From positions 1 to 64,000 of the forward strand of contig CAVUDW010000003.1 in assembly GCA_963740355.1 (NCBI GenBank): DNA of 64,000 nt. The letters run 5' to 3'. Below are positions 29,505 through 40,762 of the stretch, piece by piece. Source of the DNA: an uncultured Gemmatimonadaceae bacterium (GTDB lineage: Bacteria > Gemmatimonadota > Gemmatimonadetes > Gemmatimonadales > Gemmatimonadaceae). How positions within the stretch are numbered: position 1 is the stretch's first letter; each line of letters opens with the position of its first letter. Both the position numbers and the translations under genes were made by a program. Below the pieces are notes generated by a model. The model was not told the DNA's origin and made no database searches. It was given only the letters and a program-made list of their open reading frames with translations.

Positions 29505-29863
29505 CAGCGGGGGGCGGTGAACGACGGTGGAGGTGCCATGACGGAAAACTGGGTAGCGGGCCGGTGCGTGGCGAGTGGGCCGGGTTGGGACGACGCGACG
29601 CCAAGCACGGCGACCGCTGGCGGCCAGATCATCCGAAGGGGCAATCGCACTTCAATCTGGCCGCTCGCGGTTTGCGACGGGATCACGACCCGCTGGCTGC
29701 CGTGCGCCGACGCGAGCCAGCGCGCGAGCTCGCGCGCCTGCTCGGGATGTCGCGTGCGAAGGACCACCGGCGTGCGTTCGTCGACCGTGGCCCTGAGCAG
29801 CGTGGTGAGGACGGCGGTAACGACCGCCTGCCGGTGATACATGCGGACAGGATAATGCGCCAC
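29504..29863 (-). CDS. Hypothetical protein, coupled to the response regulator
   Basis: 119-aa ORF whose TGA overlaps the regulator ATG (TGATG); no family recognised. Confidence 0.45.
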   Translation of the reverse strand: MAHYPVRMYHRQAVVTAVLTTLLRATVDERTPVVLRTRHPEQARELARWLASAHGSQRVVIPSQTASGQIEVRLPLRMIWPPAVAVLGVASSQPGPLATHRPATQFSVMAPPPSFTAPR

Positions 29864-29954
29864 GGCCGAGGAGCGAGGCCGCGTCAGCGCATCGCTGAGC
29901 GGATCTGTGCAGCGATGTCTTCAGATCCGCTCCGCCTGACGCCCTGACCGGCGA

Positions 29955-30410
29955 TCAGCCAGCGATCGCGGCCAGGATCTCGGCGTTGGTGCGGCTCTTT
30001 CCGGGGCTCTCCTCGACATGCGCCCACCGCACGATTCCGTCGGTGTCGATCAGGAAGTACGCGCGATTGGAGAAGAACAGGTCCTCGAGGAGCACGCCGT
30101 AAACTCGACTGGCATCGCGCTTGAAGTCACTCAGGAGATCGACGGACAGGTTGTGCTTGGCCTTGAACTCCTTCAGGGTCGGTACACTGTCGACGCTGAT
30201 GGGGAGTACCGTCACACCGGCGGCGGCGAAGGTGTCGTAGTCCTCGGTGAAGGCGCACATCTCCGCGGTGCAGACGCTGGTGAAGGCCAGCGGAAAGAAG
30301 GCGAGCAGGACGCGCGCGCTGCCCTTGAACTGCGACAGCGCGACGGGCTGACCGCTCGTCGAGTTGAGCGTGAACTCCGGGGCGGCAGAGCCGACGGCCG
30401 GGACTGGCAT
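29955..30410 (-). CDS. Peroxiredoxin (AhpC/TSA, AhpE-like)
   Basis: 'VGSAAPEFTL', 'FFPLAFTSVCTAEMC', 'LLSDF', 'RAYFLIDTDG'; start set at ATG 30410. Confidence 0.92.
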   Translation of the reverse strand: MPVPAVGSAAPEFTLNSTSGQPVALSQFKGSARVLLAFFPLAFTSVCTAEMCAFTEDYDTFAAAGVTVLPISVDSVPTLKEFKAKHNLSVDLLSDFKRDASRVYGVLLEDLFFSNRAYFLIDTDGIVRWAHVEESPGKSRTNAEILAAIAG

Positions 30411-30532
30411 GAAAAACTCCTCTGAGTTGCGAAGTGACAGGCGGGGCAGCGCCAAAGATGCGGTCACGAGCGCGAAACGGGAGACACGCCCCCTGCCCGG
30501 CCGGCTTGGTGCGGGGTACACTGCCCATCGCA

Positions 30533-31891
30533 ATGACGACCCCGACCCCCGCCCCGCCCGCAGCTTCGCCGCCGCTTGCCACACCGCTGAGCACTCCCGC
30601 CGTCAGCAGCACGGAGGCGGTCGGCTTTATCCTGCGGCTGGGCCGCGCGCTGCACAACGCCGGCTTCACTGCCCACCGGCTGGAGGCGACGCTGTCGGAT
30701 GTGTCGCGAAAGCTGGGGCTCGAGGCGCAGTTCTTTTCGACACCGACGTCGATCATGGCGGCGTTCGGGCCGCCGGACGCTCAGCGTACACACCTGATCC
30801 GTGCGGAGCCTGGTTCGACGAACCTGCGCCACCTATCCGGTTTGGACCGGATCGCGCGCGACGTGATGTACGGCACGCTCGGTCCGGTGGAGGGGTCGGT
30901 GCGCATCGAGCGGCTGCTGAGCGAGCCGCCGCCGTGGGGACACACACCGCAGCTGATCGCGTTCGTGCTGGTTTCGGTCTCTGTCGCAAGCTTTCTCCAT
31001 GTGGGCCTGGCCGACCTGTTCGGGGCGGCGCTGCTCGGCCTGTTGTGCGGCCTGATCGTGACGCGCAGCCGAAAGCACAGCGAGTGGCTCGATATCGAAG
31101 AACCGATGAGTGCGTTTGCCGTCGCGACGGTTGCGCAGCTGTTTGCCGCGATGATCGACAGTGGTGCCGGCTACGCGATGACCGTGGCGGGGCTGGTGGT
31201 GCTGCTGCCTGGCATGACCTTCACGTCAGGGCTGATCGAGCTCTCGACGCGCCATCTCTCGAGCGGCACTGCGCGCCTGAGCGGCGCACTGGTGACGTTT
31301 CTGGGCCTAGGCTTCGGCGTCGCGCTTGGCACAAAACTCGGCTCGGCGGTTGGTGACTGGCTGGTCCTGCATCATGTGGTGCTCCACGTGGCGAATGTCG
31401 CGCTGCCGTGGTGGGTGGAAGGGCTGGGCGTGCTGCTGGCGCCACTCTGCTTCACGGTCCTGCTGCAGGCTGACGGCAAGGAAGCACCGTGGATTGTCCT
31501 CTCAGCGGCCGCAGCCTACCTCACGTCACGGTTCGCCGGTCGCGCGCTGGGAGAAGAGCTGGGAGCATTCCTTGGCGCGTTGATGGTGAGCGCGGGGAGC
31601 ACGTTCATCGCGCGGCGACGCGACACGACGCCGATCGTGACGATCGTTCCAGGGCTCCTGATCCTTGTACCAGGCAGCATCGGGCTCCGCAGCGTGACCA
31701 GCTTCTCGCAGCAGAAGGTCGTGACTGGCGTCGAGACGGCGTTCAAGGTCGCGCTGATCGGCGTGTCGCTGGCGGCCGGCGTGCTGGCCGGACGTGCGGT
31801 CACAGGAGCGCTGCGCCGAACACGAAAGGGCCCGCATGCCGACGAGGTGACGCGAACCGCTGAATGGACGGTCTCTCGCGATTGGCGCTGA
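30533..31891 (+). CDS. ThrE-family threonine/serine exporter
   Basis: 'LGRALHNAG..AHRLE', 'FSTPT', 'LLPGMTFT.G..EL', 'PGLLILVPGS'; multiple TMs. Confidence 0.88.
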   Translation: MTTPTPAPPAASPPLATPLSTPAVSSTEAVGFILRLGRALHNAGFTAHRLEATLSDVSRKLGLEAQFFSTPTSIMAAFGPPDAQRTHLIRAEPGSTNLRHLSGLDRIARDVMYGTLGPVEGSVRIERLLSEPPPWGHTPQLIAFVLVSVSVASFLHVGLADLFGAALLGLLCGLIVTRSRKHSEWLDIEEPMSAFAVATVAQLFAAMIDSGAGYAMTVAGLVVLLPGMTFTSGLIELSTRHLSSGTARLSGALVTFLGLGFGVALGTKLGSAVGDWLVLHHVVLHVANVALPWWVEGLGVLLAPLCFTVLLQADGKEAPWIVLSAAAAYLTSRFAGRALGEELGAFLGALMVSAGSTFIARRRDTTPIVTIVPGLLILVPGSIGLRSVTSFSQQKVVTGVETAFKVALIGVSLAAGVLAGRAVTGALRRTRKGPHADEVTRTAEWTVSRDWR

Positions 31892-31965
31892 GCGGGGCGC
31901 GGTAGATCGCCCTGTCGTGGCGCTTTCTACCGGCGCTTCGCGCTCCTTCTTGTCTCTCGCAGTTC

Positions 31966-32508
31966 CTATCGGTTCGGCTCGGCGAGCGCGCCGCCGCGGT
32001 CGTTCGGGCAGGCGTCACGCAATGCGTCGAGCGATGGCCGGAAGTTGGCGGTCGGGAAGGTGTAGGTCACGCGACCGCGCTTTTCCGTCGCGATGATGAT
32101 TCTGAGTGTCGGCGACCGAAGTATGTGCCGCTGAATGAGTTCACGGAGCTCTGGCGCCGGAACGAAGGCACCCGTGTTGGCCTTGGTCGCCTGCCAACGT
32201 GCATCACGTCCACGCGCTGAATCCGATTCGACCCGCACGCGGACGTCGGCGGCCATGTCGGACACGAGCCGGTCGCGTGTACTGATGAACGCCTCCAGCT
32301 GGCGCGCCGTACAGCGCATCACGAACTGCACCACTTCCTCCTCGGCCACGATGCTATCGGCGCGCTCGCGGACGACAGTCGTGACCGTCGGGGGGCGGCT
32401 ACCCGCTGCGGGCTCGACCGAGACACGCCACTGAGCGGTCAGGAGCGCCGGCGTGAGCGGCATGACGAGGGCGGCGACGACGACGATGCGGAGTGACGCT
32501 GCGCGCAT
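31966..32508 (-). CDS. Secreted hypothetical protein (VasI/TagO-like pattern)
   Basis: Signal peptide from ATG 32508; 'FVMRC', 'W...GAFVP', 'TYTF..NF...LDALRDAC' two-Cys pattern. Confidence 0.6.
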   Translation of the reverse strand: MRAASLRIVVVAALVMPLTPALLTAQWRVSVEPAAGSRPPTVTTVVRERADSIVAEEEVVQFVMRCTARQLEAFISTRDRLVSDMAADVRVRVESDSARGRDARWQATKANTGAFVPAPELRELIQRHILRSPTLRIIIATEKRGRVTYTFPTANFRPSLDALRDACPNDRGGALAEPNR

Positions 32509-32524
32509 GGAGTGGGCCGGATAC

Positions 32525-32553
32525 GACAACGACCCCTTGGCGGGGTCGTTGTC
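32525..32553 (-). terminator. Hairpin just downstream of tRNA-Ala
   Basis: gacaacgacccc-ttggc-ggggtcgttgtc perfect 12-bp stem. Confidence 0.7.
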
Positions 32554-32572
32554 TGACACTGCTTGAACCTCA

Positions 32573-32645
32573 TGGAGGTCCGGGGACTCGAACCCCGCAC
32601 CTATTGCTTGCAAAGCAATTGCTCTACCAGATGAGCTAGACCCCC
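32573..32645 (-). tRNA. tRNA-Ala(TGC), CCA not encoded
   Basis: Reverse complement GGGGGTCTAGCTCATCTGGTAGAGCAATTGCTTTGCAAGCAATAGGTGCGGGGTTCGAGTCCCCGGACCTCCA folds as a cloverleaf with anticodon TGC, G3:U70 pair and GTTCGA T-loop. Confidence 0.97.
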
Positions 32646-32741
32646 AGATCGTGCGTTCCTGCGAGGGGGGAGAGTACTAAAACTGGTCCGCCGCTTCAAG
32701 CCCCTTCCCCACCCTCAGCCGGAAATTTCACCGTTGCCTCA

Positions 32742-32766
32742 TGTCTCCGGCCAGAAACCGGAGACA
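32742..32766 (-). terminator. Hairpin downstream of act operon
   Basis: tgtctccgg-ccagaaa-ccggagaca just past the actF stop. Confidence 0.55.
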
Positions 32767-32781
32767 CGTGGCAGAGGGGAA

Positions 32782-34128
32782 CTACTCGTGCGCGGGCAAC
32801 GGCTCCATCGTGCGGACATCGACCGGGATCTGCACTTCATCGCGGTACTTCGAGGTCATCCAGCTGATGCGCAGACGCGGGAAGGCTTCGAAGAACTGCG
32901 TATAGCAGGTGATCCAGATGCCGAAGTACATGGCGGCCATGCCCAGCTCCTGCCAGCCGAACGGCACACCGTCAGTCGGAACGCCATAGAGCGACGGATA
33001 CACTTCGATGTAGCGCTGCAGGTATGTACCGAGCAGCGAGACGATCGCGAACAGGATGTTGGTCGGCAGGAACATCTTCGCAGCCTTCGAGATCAGGCCG
33101 GGGAACGGCGCCACGAACACCAGCATCAGCACTGTGAACGAGACCGGGAGCCATGGATCGATGAGGCGGAGGCGGAAGAAGTGCGTCTCTTCGCCGATGT
33201 TGCCGTACCAGATGATCAGGAGCTGGGCGAAGGTCGTGTAGCCCCAGAACGCCGTCCAGGCAAAGCGCAGCTTGCCAAGATCGTGGATCTGGAGGTCGCC
33301 GAGCACTTCGTACATGGTCGGGTTGCTGAAGTGCTTCCGCCACATGAAGAAGATCAGGCTGAAGCTCATCAGGAAACCGAGGATGCCGGTCATGAAGCTC
33401 CACCAGCCCCACAGCGTCGAGAAGAAGAACACATCGAGCGCCATCGACAGGTCGTAGTGCAGCAGCATCCATCCAAAGCCGAAGATGATCGCCATCGCGA
33501 CCGCGATCTTTCCCTGAATCGAATGTTGGTTGTGCAGCTCGCGGCGTTCCTCGCCCCAGCCGGCGCGCATCCGTGCCCGGAGCCCAGCACCCCACTTGGC
33601 GCCCGACTCAGGAAGCTGTGCGACGTCAATGCGAAGCGAGTTGTACACGAACCAGAGCTGCAGGGCGTACAGCAGGGTCAAGATGCCTATTTCTCGCAGA
33701 GCGAAAAATGCATGACTCCCAAGCCAGAACACCTTCTCCGAATTTGGCAGGCTGGCTGGATCAGCGACCCACGGGAAGATGTGTTTCCCGCCGATGGTGA
33801 CACTGAGCACCAGGAAGAGCCACGAGACCGGCAGGAACGCGGCGTATCCTTCCATCAAGCGCGCGATCGAGCGCGACCAGCGCGCCGTCACGATGCGGAA
33901 GATGGCGACGAACATCACGGCGCCAGAGCTGATCGCGCTGAAGTAGAGCCAGTGATAGTGGAACGCGCGCCAAATGCGGTCCGGTGATGTCACCAGACCG
34001 GCGGCGAACGCCCCGAAGCCGACGACCATCGAGACCAGCGCTGACGTCTTGATCCACGACGCGATCGGCTTCGATGAGGCCGCGAGGAGATCCGCGCGGG
34101 GCGGATACGTGGGATTGTGAATGCTCAC
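32782..34128 (-). CDS. actF: Alternative complex III subunit ActF (NrfD-like membrane subunit)
   Basis: About 10 TMs, 'ARWSRSIARL.E', 'HDLGKL.FA..AFW.Y..FAQLLIIWYGNI.EET'; last gene of the act cluster. Confidence 0.88.
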   Translation of the reverse strand: MSIHNPTYPPRADLLAASSKPIASWIKTSALVSMVVGFGAFAAGLVTSPDRIWRAFHYHWLYFSAISSGAVMFVAIFRIVTARWSRSIARLMEGYAAFLPVSWLFLVLSVTIGGKHIFPWVADPASLPNSEKVFWLGSHAFFALREIGILTLLYALQLWFVYNSLRIDVAQLPESGAKWGAGLRARMRAGWGEERRELHNQHSIQGKIAVAMAIIFGFGWMLLHYDLSMALDVFFFSTLWGWWSFMTGILGFLMSFSLIFFMWRKHFSNPTMYEVLGDLQIHDLGKLRFAWTAFWGYTTFAQLLIIWYGNIGEETHFFRLRLIDPWLPVSFTVLMLVFVAPFPGLISKAAKMFLPTNILFAIVSLLGTYLQRYIEVYPSLYGVPTDGVPFGWQELGMAAMYFGIWITCYTQFFEAFPRLRISWMTSKYRDEVQIPVDVRTMEPLPAHE

Positions 34129-34862
34129 TTGTGCTTCCCCTGCTCCGCTGCTGGCTTGGCGGCCGGCAATTCACCGGCTGGCTGTGGTGCAACTTCTGGC
34201 TTGGCGCTCGGATGCCACATCGGTGCCGGGCGCGTCGGCGCAGTCTTGGTGTAGGTCGGAATCGTCCAGCCGGTCTGGCCCGGGTACCCGAGTGGCCCGA
34301 TAGCCACCGTGCGCCCAAGCTTGCCCTGCAATCCGCGGACGTAGTTCACGACATCCCAGCGATCCGGCTCTTCGATGCGATTGTAGCTCGGCATCGATCC
34401 ACGACCGTTGCGCAGCATGCCGTAGATGTAGCCGTCGGCACGCGCCTTGGTCATGTCGGTCATGAGGTTGATGCCCGGCACGCCGTACTTGGTCGCAGGG
34501 CCATTGCCGATTCCAGCATCACCGTGACAGACGGCGCAGTTCTGCTGGTAGTAGCGATGCCCGTTATTGATCGACGAATCGAGTTCGGCCGCCGTCAACT
34601 TTGCCGGGTCCTTCGGATTCGGCACGACGGTGAACGAATCGATGACGTTCGGCAAGGCGGCGTAGCTGAACGTATAGCCGGGCGTCTGCAGGCCTGTGAC
34701 CGGCACGGAGTTCACCGGCTGACCGCGCGGGGCGATCGTATCGGCAACCGAGTCCCAGGGCTGGATGGCCGGCTGATCCTTGAAGTCGGTGAACCACGAG
34801 CAGGCACTGAATGCCATGGGCATCAATGCAATCGCGGCCACGCGAAGCGACTTAACGCTCAC
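34125..34862 (-). CDS. actE: Alternative complex III monoheme cytochrome c lipoprotein ActE
   Basis: Lipobox 'AFSAC', single 'CAVCHG', 'G..SMPSY', 'DRWDVVNYVR.LQ'. Confidence 0.88.
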   Translation of the reverse strand: MSVKSLRVAAIALMPMAFSACSWFTDFKDQPAIQPWDSVADTIAPRGQPVNSVPVTGLQTPGYTFSYAALPNVIDSFTVVPNPKDPAKLTAAELDSSINNGHRYYQQNCAVCHGDAGIGNGPATKYGVPGINLMTDMTKARADGYIYGMLRNGRGSMPSYNRIEEPDRWDVVNYVRGLQGKLGRTVAIGPLGYPGQTGWTIPTYTKTAPTRPAPMWHPSAKPEVAPQPAGELPAAKPAAEQGKHK

Positions 34863-35351
34863 CGCGAACCTCCACAGCCCCGTGGGCCTTCAAGATGCTC
34901 TCGAGTTCCCCGAACTTGTCGGGCGTGGTCTCGATCCAGATACCGTAATCGCCATGCGTGAAGCGCTTGTCGAATCCGAAGTTCGTCACCAAGCGCGGGA
35001 TGCCCGCGTTGATGAACATGCCGGCCACCGTGCTCAGGCAGCCGACCATGACGAACATCTCGAACCCCATGATCGTGTACGGAATCCAGCTGGCGATCGC
35101 CTTGCCGCCAACCTGCAGCGACCAGTACTGCGAGCACCAGATGGAGATCCAGTAACCGAACGTGACACCACACGTCGCACCGATCAGCGTGAACACACGG
35201 ACCACGCTCGTCGGCGCATCGATCGCGTCGTCGATCTCATGCTGGATGGTCGGCGAATAGACCGTGACCTTCGGCACCTTCTTGGCCTTCAGGTCCTTGA
35301 TCGCCGCGCACACTGTATCCAGCTGCGGGAATACTGCCAGGACGCCCTGCA

Positions 35352-35352
<1 letters not shown>
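34852..35352 (-). CDS. actD: Alternative complex III subunit ActD (DUF3341)
   Basis: 'YSP', 'LQVGGK', 'IMGFEM.V', 'DKRFT'; two TMs; lies between actC and actE. Confidence 0.88.
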
Positions 35353-36752
<1,400 letters not shown>

Positions 36753-36757
36753 TCGGG

Positions 36758-39700
36758 TCAGGCCTCGACCGTGTGATTGATCTTCTTCAGATAGACCACA
36801 GCCGTGTAGGTGTTGAGCACCTCAAAGACGTGGTACGCTCGCTCGTCCTCTACCTGCTTCGCCACCGTCCATGTCGGATCGGCCGCGTCACCAAACGTGA
36901 TGGCCTTCGACGGACAGGCCTGGGCACATGCGGTGGTGAACTCGTCGGCCTGCAGCGGACGATGCTCGAGATCCGCCCGCGTCTCGGCCTCGCGAATGCG
37001 CTGCACACAGAACGTGCACTTCTCCATGACGCCCTTGCCGCGAACCGTGACGTCCGGGTTGAGCTGCATCTGCATCGGCTCGGGGAACGCATACTGGCGA
37101 CGACCCGGCTCGCCGTAGCCGAACCAGTTGTAGTAGCGAACCTTGTACGGGCAGTTGTTGCTGCAGTAGCGGGTACCGACGCAACGGTTGTAGACCTGCA
37201 CGTTCAAGCCGTCCGGCGAGTGATACGTCGCGTACACCGGGCACACCGGCTCGCACGGCGCGTTGCCGCAGTGCTGGCACATCATCGGCACGAAGCGCGT
37301 GTCGAAGCCGGGGTCGAACACATTCTCGGCGTCGTCGGCACCCTCGAAGTACCGCTCGAGGCGAATCCACGCCATCTCGCGACCCTTGAGGATGTTGGCA
37401 CCGGGACGCGTGTCCCAGACGGTCGGCGACAAGGCGCGCCCCTGCCAGCTGGCACCGACGGTCGGGATGTTGTTTTCGCTGTAGCAGGCCGTGACGCAGG
37501 CCGAGCAACCGGTGCATCGGCTGAGGTCGACCGTCATCGCCCAGCGACGCTTGGCCATGCCACTCCAGTGCTTCTCGGAGTACATGCCCTTGGCCTTCGA
37601 ATCCTGGTCGCCGAGGTCACCCTGCGCGTCGTTCGCGACGGGGCTCTTCAGGCCAGGGAGGAACTCATGCGGAGCGCCACCGACGAACTCGTGCTCCTGC
37701 TCGCCCCACTCCTTCGGGCCAAGTGCACCTTCGTGCTCGCCGGCGTCTGCATCGTGCTGCGTCGTGGAGCCTTCATGCGACGCACCACCTTCCTTCTTCG
37801 TGCGACCAGCGACGAGCGCGGCGAGCGTGGTGGCCTGACCGATGCCACGCGAATGCTGACGCGCCGAACCTTCGGTGGTGATCAGATCGGTGTTCTCACC
37901 GGTCTTGGTCACCTTCGCCTTCATGCTGGTATATGCAATCGAGCCAGCGAGTGCGTCGGTGTCGCCAGAGACGAGATCGACTGCATTGATGCCGACGCCT
38001 TCCGCATACCGACCGTAGCCGCTGTGGAACGGAATCTGGCGATCGCTGTCCGGGTTGTACTTCTTGCCGCTCTGGCTCTTGTGGCCAAGGCCGAGCGACA
38101 CCGCGATGGTGTCGGGACGAATGCCGAGGTAGTTGTAGACCGGCAGCGTCACCTTGCCCGCGGCGGTCTCGATCGTGACTAGGTCTCCGCGCACGACGCC
38201 CAACTTCTTGCAGGCCATCGGGTGCATCTCGACCCACGACTGCCAGGCGATCTTCGACACTGGATCCGGCAACTCCATCAGCCACGGCTTGTTGGCACCG
38301 CTGCCGGTGCCGAGCGTCGGCGAGGAGTTGATGACGAGATGGAAGTCGCCCGTGCCCGCGAAGCCAGCGACCGGCTTGCGCGAGAAATCACCGGCGGTGC
38401 GCTCAGCGGCACGCAGCGAAGACGCCGCGGCGACACCCTTCGCGAGGGCGACGGTGTGCGCGCCCTGCCCACCGGGGAAGCGAGATACGATGAAGCTGCG
38501 GTAGTCCTTGATCGCGTACTTCGATGCCAGCGCCGTGTCCTTCTTCGCTGCATCGATCAGCACATCGGCCGTGGCACGGCTCTGGAACACCGGCTCCATC
38601 GTCGCCTGCTGCAGGTGCAGCGTGTTCGGCGTCGGCTCGGCATCGCCCCAGCTCTCGAGGCTGTGGTGATCCGGGAGGATGAGATCGGCGAGTTCCGTCG
38701 TCTCATCCGGCACGTTCGTGAACGAGACCTTGAAGCCGACCTTGGCCATTCCCTCGGCGAACTTGACCGACTTCGGGAGCGTGTGCACCGGGTTCGCGCC
38801 ACGCACGAACAACACGGGCACGGCACCGGCATTCATGCGATCCGCCACGTCGTAGACGGCCGACGTGGGATCGAGGCGCTGATAGATACCGAGCGGTGCG
38901 GCCGGCTTGATCGTGACGCCGACATTGCCGAGCGCCTTGTTGTACTCGGAGACTTCGATGGCGACGGCCGTGGAATCGGCGCTGTTTCCACCTGCGAGCA
39001 ACAACGAACGCTTGGCTTCCGTGATTTCCTTCTTCAGCCCTTCGAGCGTGGCGACGGATACGTCCGACGCTGCGGCCGCCTCGGCGACCGGCTTGGTACC
39101 GCGGAGGAACTGGATGATCGCGAGTTCGGAGCCAGGCTTGCAGGCGATCCACGAATCAGCGTTCAGGCCGGTGAGCGAACGGCGGGCGCCGATGTAGATC
39201 GCGCGCGGTGCACCCTCGACCTTGCCGCGGGCGTCGGCCCACGCGAGCTGCAGCGGGACGCTCGGTCCCCAGCCGTCGAGGAAATCGGCACCGAAGCTGA
39301 CGATGAGCGACGCGGCATCGAAATCGAGCGTCGGCCAAGCGACACTGTACGCTGCCTTGTTGGCGGCGATCGCGGACGCCGGTGCATCAGCGTCATAGCT
39401 GATGTGCGCGGGCATCCCGTAATCCTTCAGCCAGCTGTCGAGGAAGGCCGGGAAGCTGCCGATCTCGTGCTGATTGATGAAGACGGCGTTGCCCGCCTGC
39501 CCCTTGCTGCGCACTTCGCCGAGCTTGGTGGCGAGCGTCTGCATGGCCTCATCCCACGTGATCGGCGTCAGCTGGCCGTTCTTGCGGGCCATCGGCTGGC
39601 GGAAACGATCGGGGTTGTAGAGGCCCTGAAGCGCCGACTGGCCCTTGGCGCACAGGGCGCCGCGATTCAGCTCGGTGTTCGGATTGCCTTCGACCTTGAT

Positions 39701-39937
39701 CGCCCGACCGTCACGTGTCTCGACCAGGATGCCGCACGACGTGGCGCATTCGCGACAGGTGCTGGCGAAATAGTTCGAAACACCAGGAACGGTGTTGTCC
39801 GGGCTGTGAACGTACGGGATCAGCTTCCGCACATTCTCGGTGCTGCACCCGGTCGCGGCGGTCGCCGCGGTGGTGACGCCGAGAATCTTGAGGAAGTCGC
39901 GGCGCTTGACGCCGTTCGCTCCCGACTCAGTGCTCAT
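36758..39937 (-). CDS. actB: Alternative complex III subunit ActB (molybdopterin-oxidoreductase-like + Fe-S domain)
   Basis: Tat motif 'KRRDFLK'; 'CTGCSACVTAC', 'CQHCGNAPCEPVCP', 'RCVGTRYCSNNCPYK', 'NPDVTVR..GVMEKCTFC'. Confidence 0.93.
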   Translation of the reverse strand: MSTESGANGVKRRDFLKILGVTTAATAATGCSTENVRKLIPYVHSPDNTVPGVSNYFASTCRECATSCGILVETRDGRAIKVEGNPNTELNRGALCAKGQSALQGLYNPDRFRQPMARKNGQLTPITWDEAMQTLATKLGEVRSKGQAGNAVFINQHEIGSFPAFLDSWLKDYGMPAHISYDADAPASAIAANKAAYSVAWPTLDFDAASLIVSFGADFLDGWGPSVPLQLAWADARGKVEGAPRAIYIGARRSLTGLNADSWIACKPGSELAIIQFLRGTKPVAEAAAASDVSVATLEGLKKEITEAKRSLLLAGGNSADSTAVAIEVSEYNKALGNVGVTIKPAAPLGIYQRLDPTSAVYDVADRMNAGAVPVLFVRGANPVHTLPKSVKFAEGMAKVGFKVSFTNVPDETTELADLILPDHHSLESWGDAEPTPNTLHLQQATMEPVFQSRATADVLIDAAKKDTALASKYAIKDYRSFIVSRFPGGQGAHTVALAKGVAAASSLRAAERTAGDFSRKPVAGFAGTGDFHLVINSSPTLGTGSGANKPWLMELPDPVSKIAWQSWVEMHPMACKKLGVVRGDLVTIETAAGKVTLPVYNYLGIRPDTIAVSLGLGHKSQSGKKYNPDSDRQIPFHSGYGRYAEGVGINAVDLVSGDTDALAGSIAYTSMKAKVTKTGENTDLITTEGSARQHSRGIGQATTLAALVAGRTKKEGGASHEGSTTQHDADAGEHEGALGPKEWGEQEHEFVGGAPHEFLPGLKSPVANDAQGDLGDQDSKAKGMYSEKHWSGMAKRRWAMTVDLSRCTGCSACVTACYSENNIPTVGASWQGRALSPTVWDTRPGANILKGREMAWIRLERYFEGADDAENVFDPGFDTRFVPMMCQHCGNAPCEPVCPVYATYHSPDGLNVQVYNRCVGTRYCSNNCPYKVRYYNWFGYGEPGRRQYAFPEPMQMQLNPDVTVRGKGVMEKCTFCVQRIREAETRADLEHRPLQADEFTTACAQACPSKAITFGDAADPTWTVAKQVEDERAYHVFEVLNTYTAVVYLKKINHTVEA

Positions 39938-40004
39938 GCAGTAGTCCTCAATCGTGAAACACGACATGGCGTGATGCGCGGTGCATCACGCCGTGATCAG
40001 ACGG

Positions 40005-40718
40005 CTAGTAGTGGCAGGTGCTGCAGTCGTAGCGAGCCTTGCGCTCGATATGACAGTTCACGCACCAACCCATGTTGAGCGAGGAGTACTGGAAGACCTG
40101 TGTCATCTTCTGGATTTCGCCGTGACAGGTCTGGCAGGTGACGCCGCCGTTCGCGTGACGCGAGTGTGGGAAGTGCACATACTCCGGCACCTTGTGCATG
40201 CGCTGCCACGGTACCGGCTGGCCCTTCGCATAGTACGCGGCCAGCTTCTTGATCTCCGGCTTGCCGGCGGCAACGAGCGTATGGCAGCCCATGCAGGTCG
40301 ACACCGACGGCAGGCCCGGGTCCTGCGCCTTGCCTGCGGAGTTGTGGCAGTAGGTGCAGTTCATGCCGAGCTTCTGCACATGCTGCGGGTGCGGGAACTT
40401 CACCGGCTGTTCCGGTGAATAGTTCTGTGGTGAGCTGGCCCCTGAATAGGCCCACGGGCCCTTCTTGGGGTCGAGCTTGAGGCCTGAGTCCCCGGTGATC
40501 TTGGGGAGGGCCATTGCCTCAGTGTTGTTGCGCACCCCGTCCAGATTCGTGCCGCTGAGGCCCGAAAAGGTTGGGTATGCGAGCGGGTTCGCCGCTGCAG
40601 GCGCCTGCGCGGCGTCAGCCTCGCGGGCGGTGGCACCACTGTAGGCGGACAGTCCAGCCGCGATTGCGGCTACAAGGAAGAACCCTGGAATCGCTGCCCA
40701 CTTCTTCCGCTGCGTCAT
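40005..40718 (-). CDS. actA: Alternative complex III pentaheme cytochrome c ActA
   Basis: N-terminal TM; 'PEQPVKFPH..H'; five CxxCH (CTYCH, CMGCH, CQTCH, CVNCH, CSTCH). Confidence 0.93.
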   Translation of the reverse strand: MTQRKKWAAIPGFFLVAAIAAGLSAYSGATAREADAAQAPAAANPLAYPTFSGLSGTNLDGVRNNTEAMALPKITGDSGLKLDPKKGPWAYSGASSPQNYSPEQPVKFPHPQHVQKLGMNCTYCHNSAGKAQDPGLPSVSTCMGCHTLVAAGKPEIKKLAAYYAKGQPVPWQRMHKVPEYVHFPHSRHANGGVTCQTCHGEIQKMTQVFQYSSLNMGWCVNCHIERKARYDCSTCHY

Positions 40719-40762
40719 TCGGTGAGACCAGTTGAAGTCCGACACCCTGCAGAACGCCCGAC

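Noticed and set aside
32573..32645. Genomic-island attachment site at tRNA-Ala
   Set aside because: No duplicated tRNA 3' end or integrase noticed in the window
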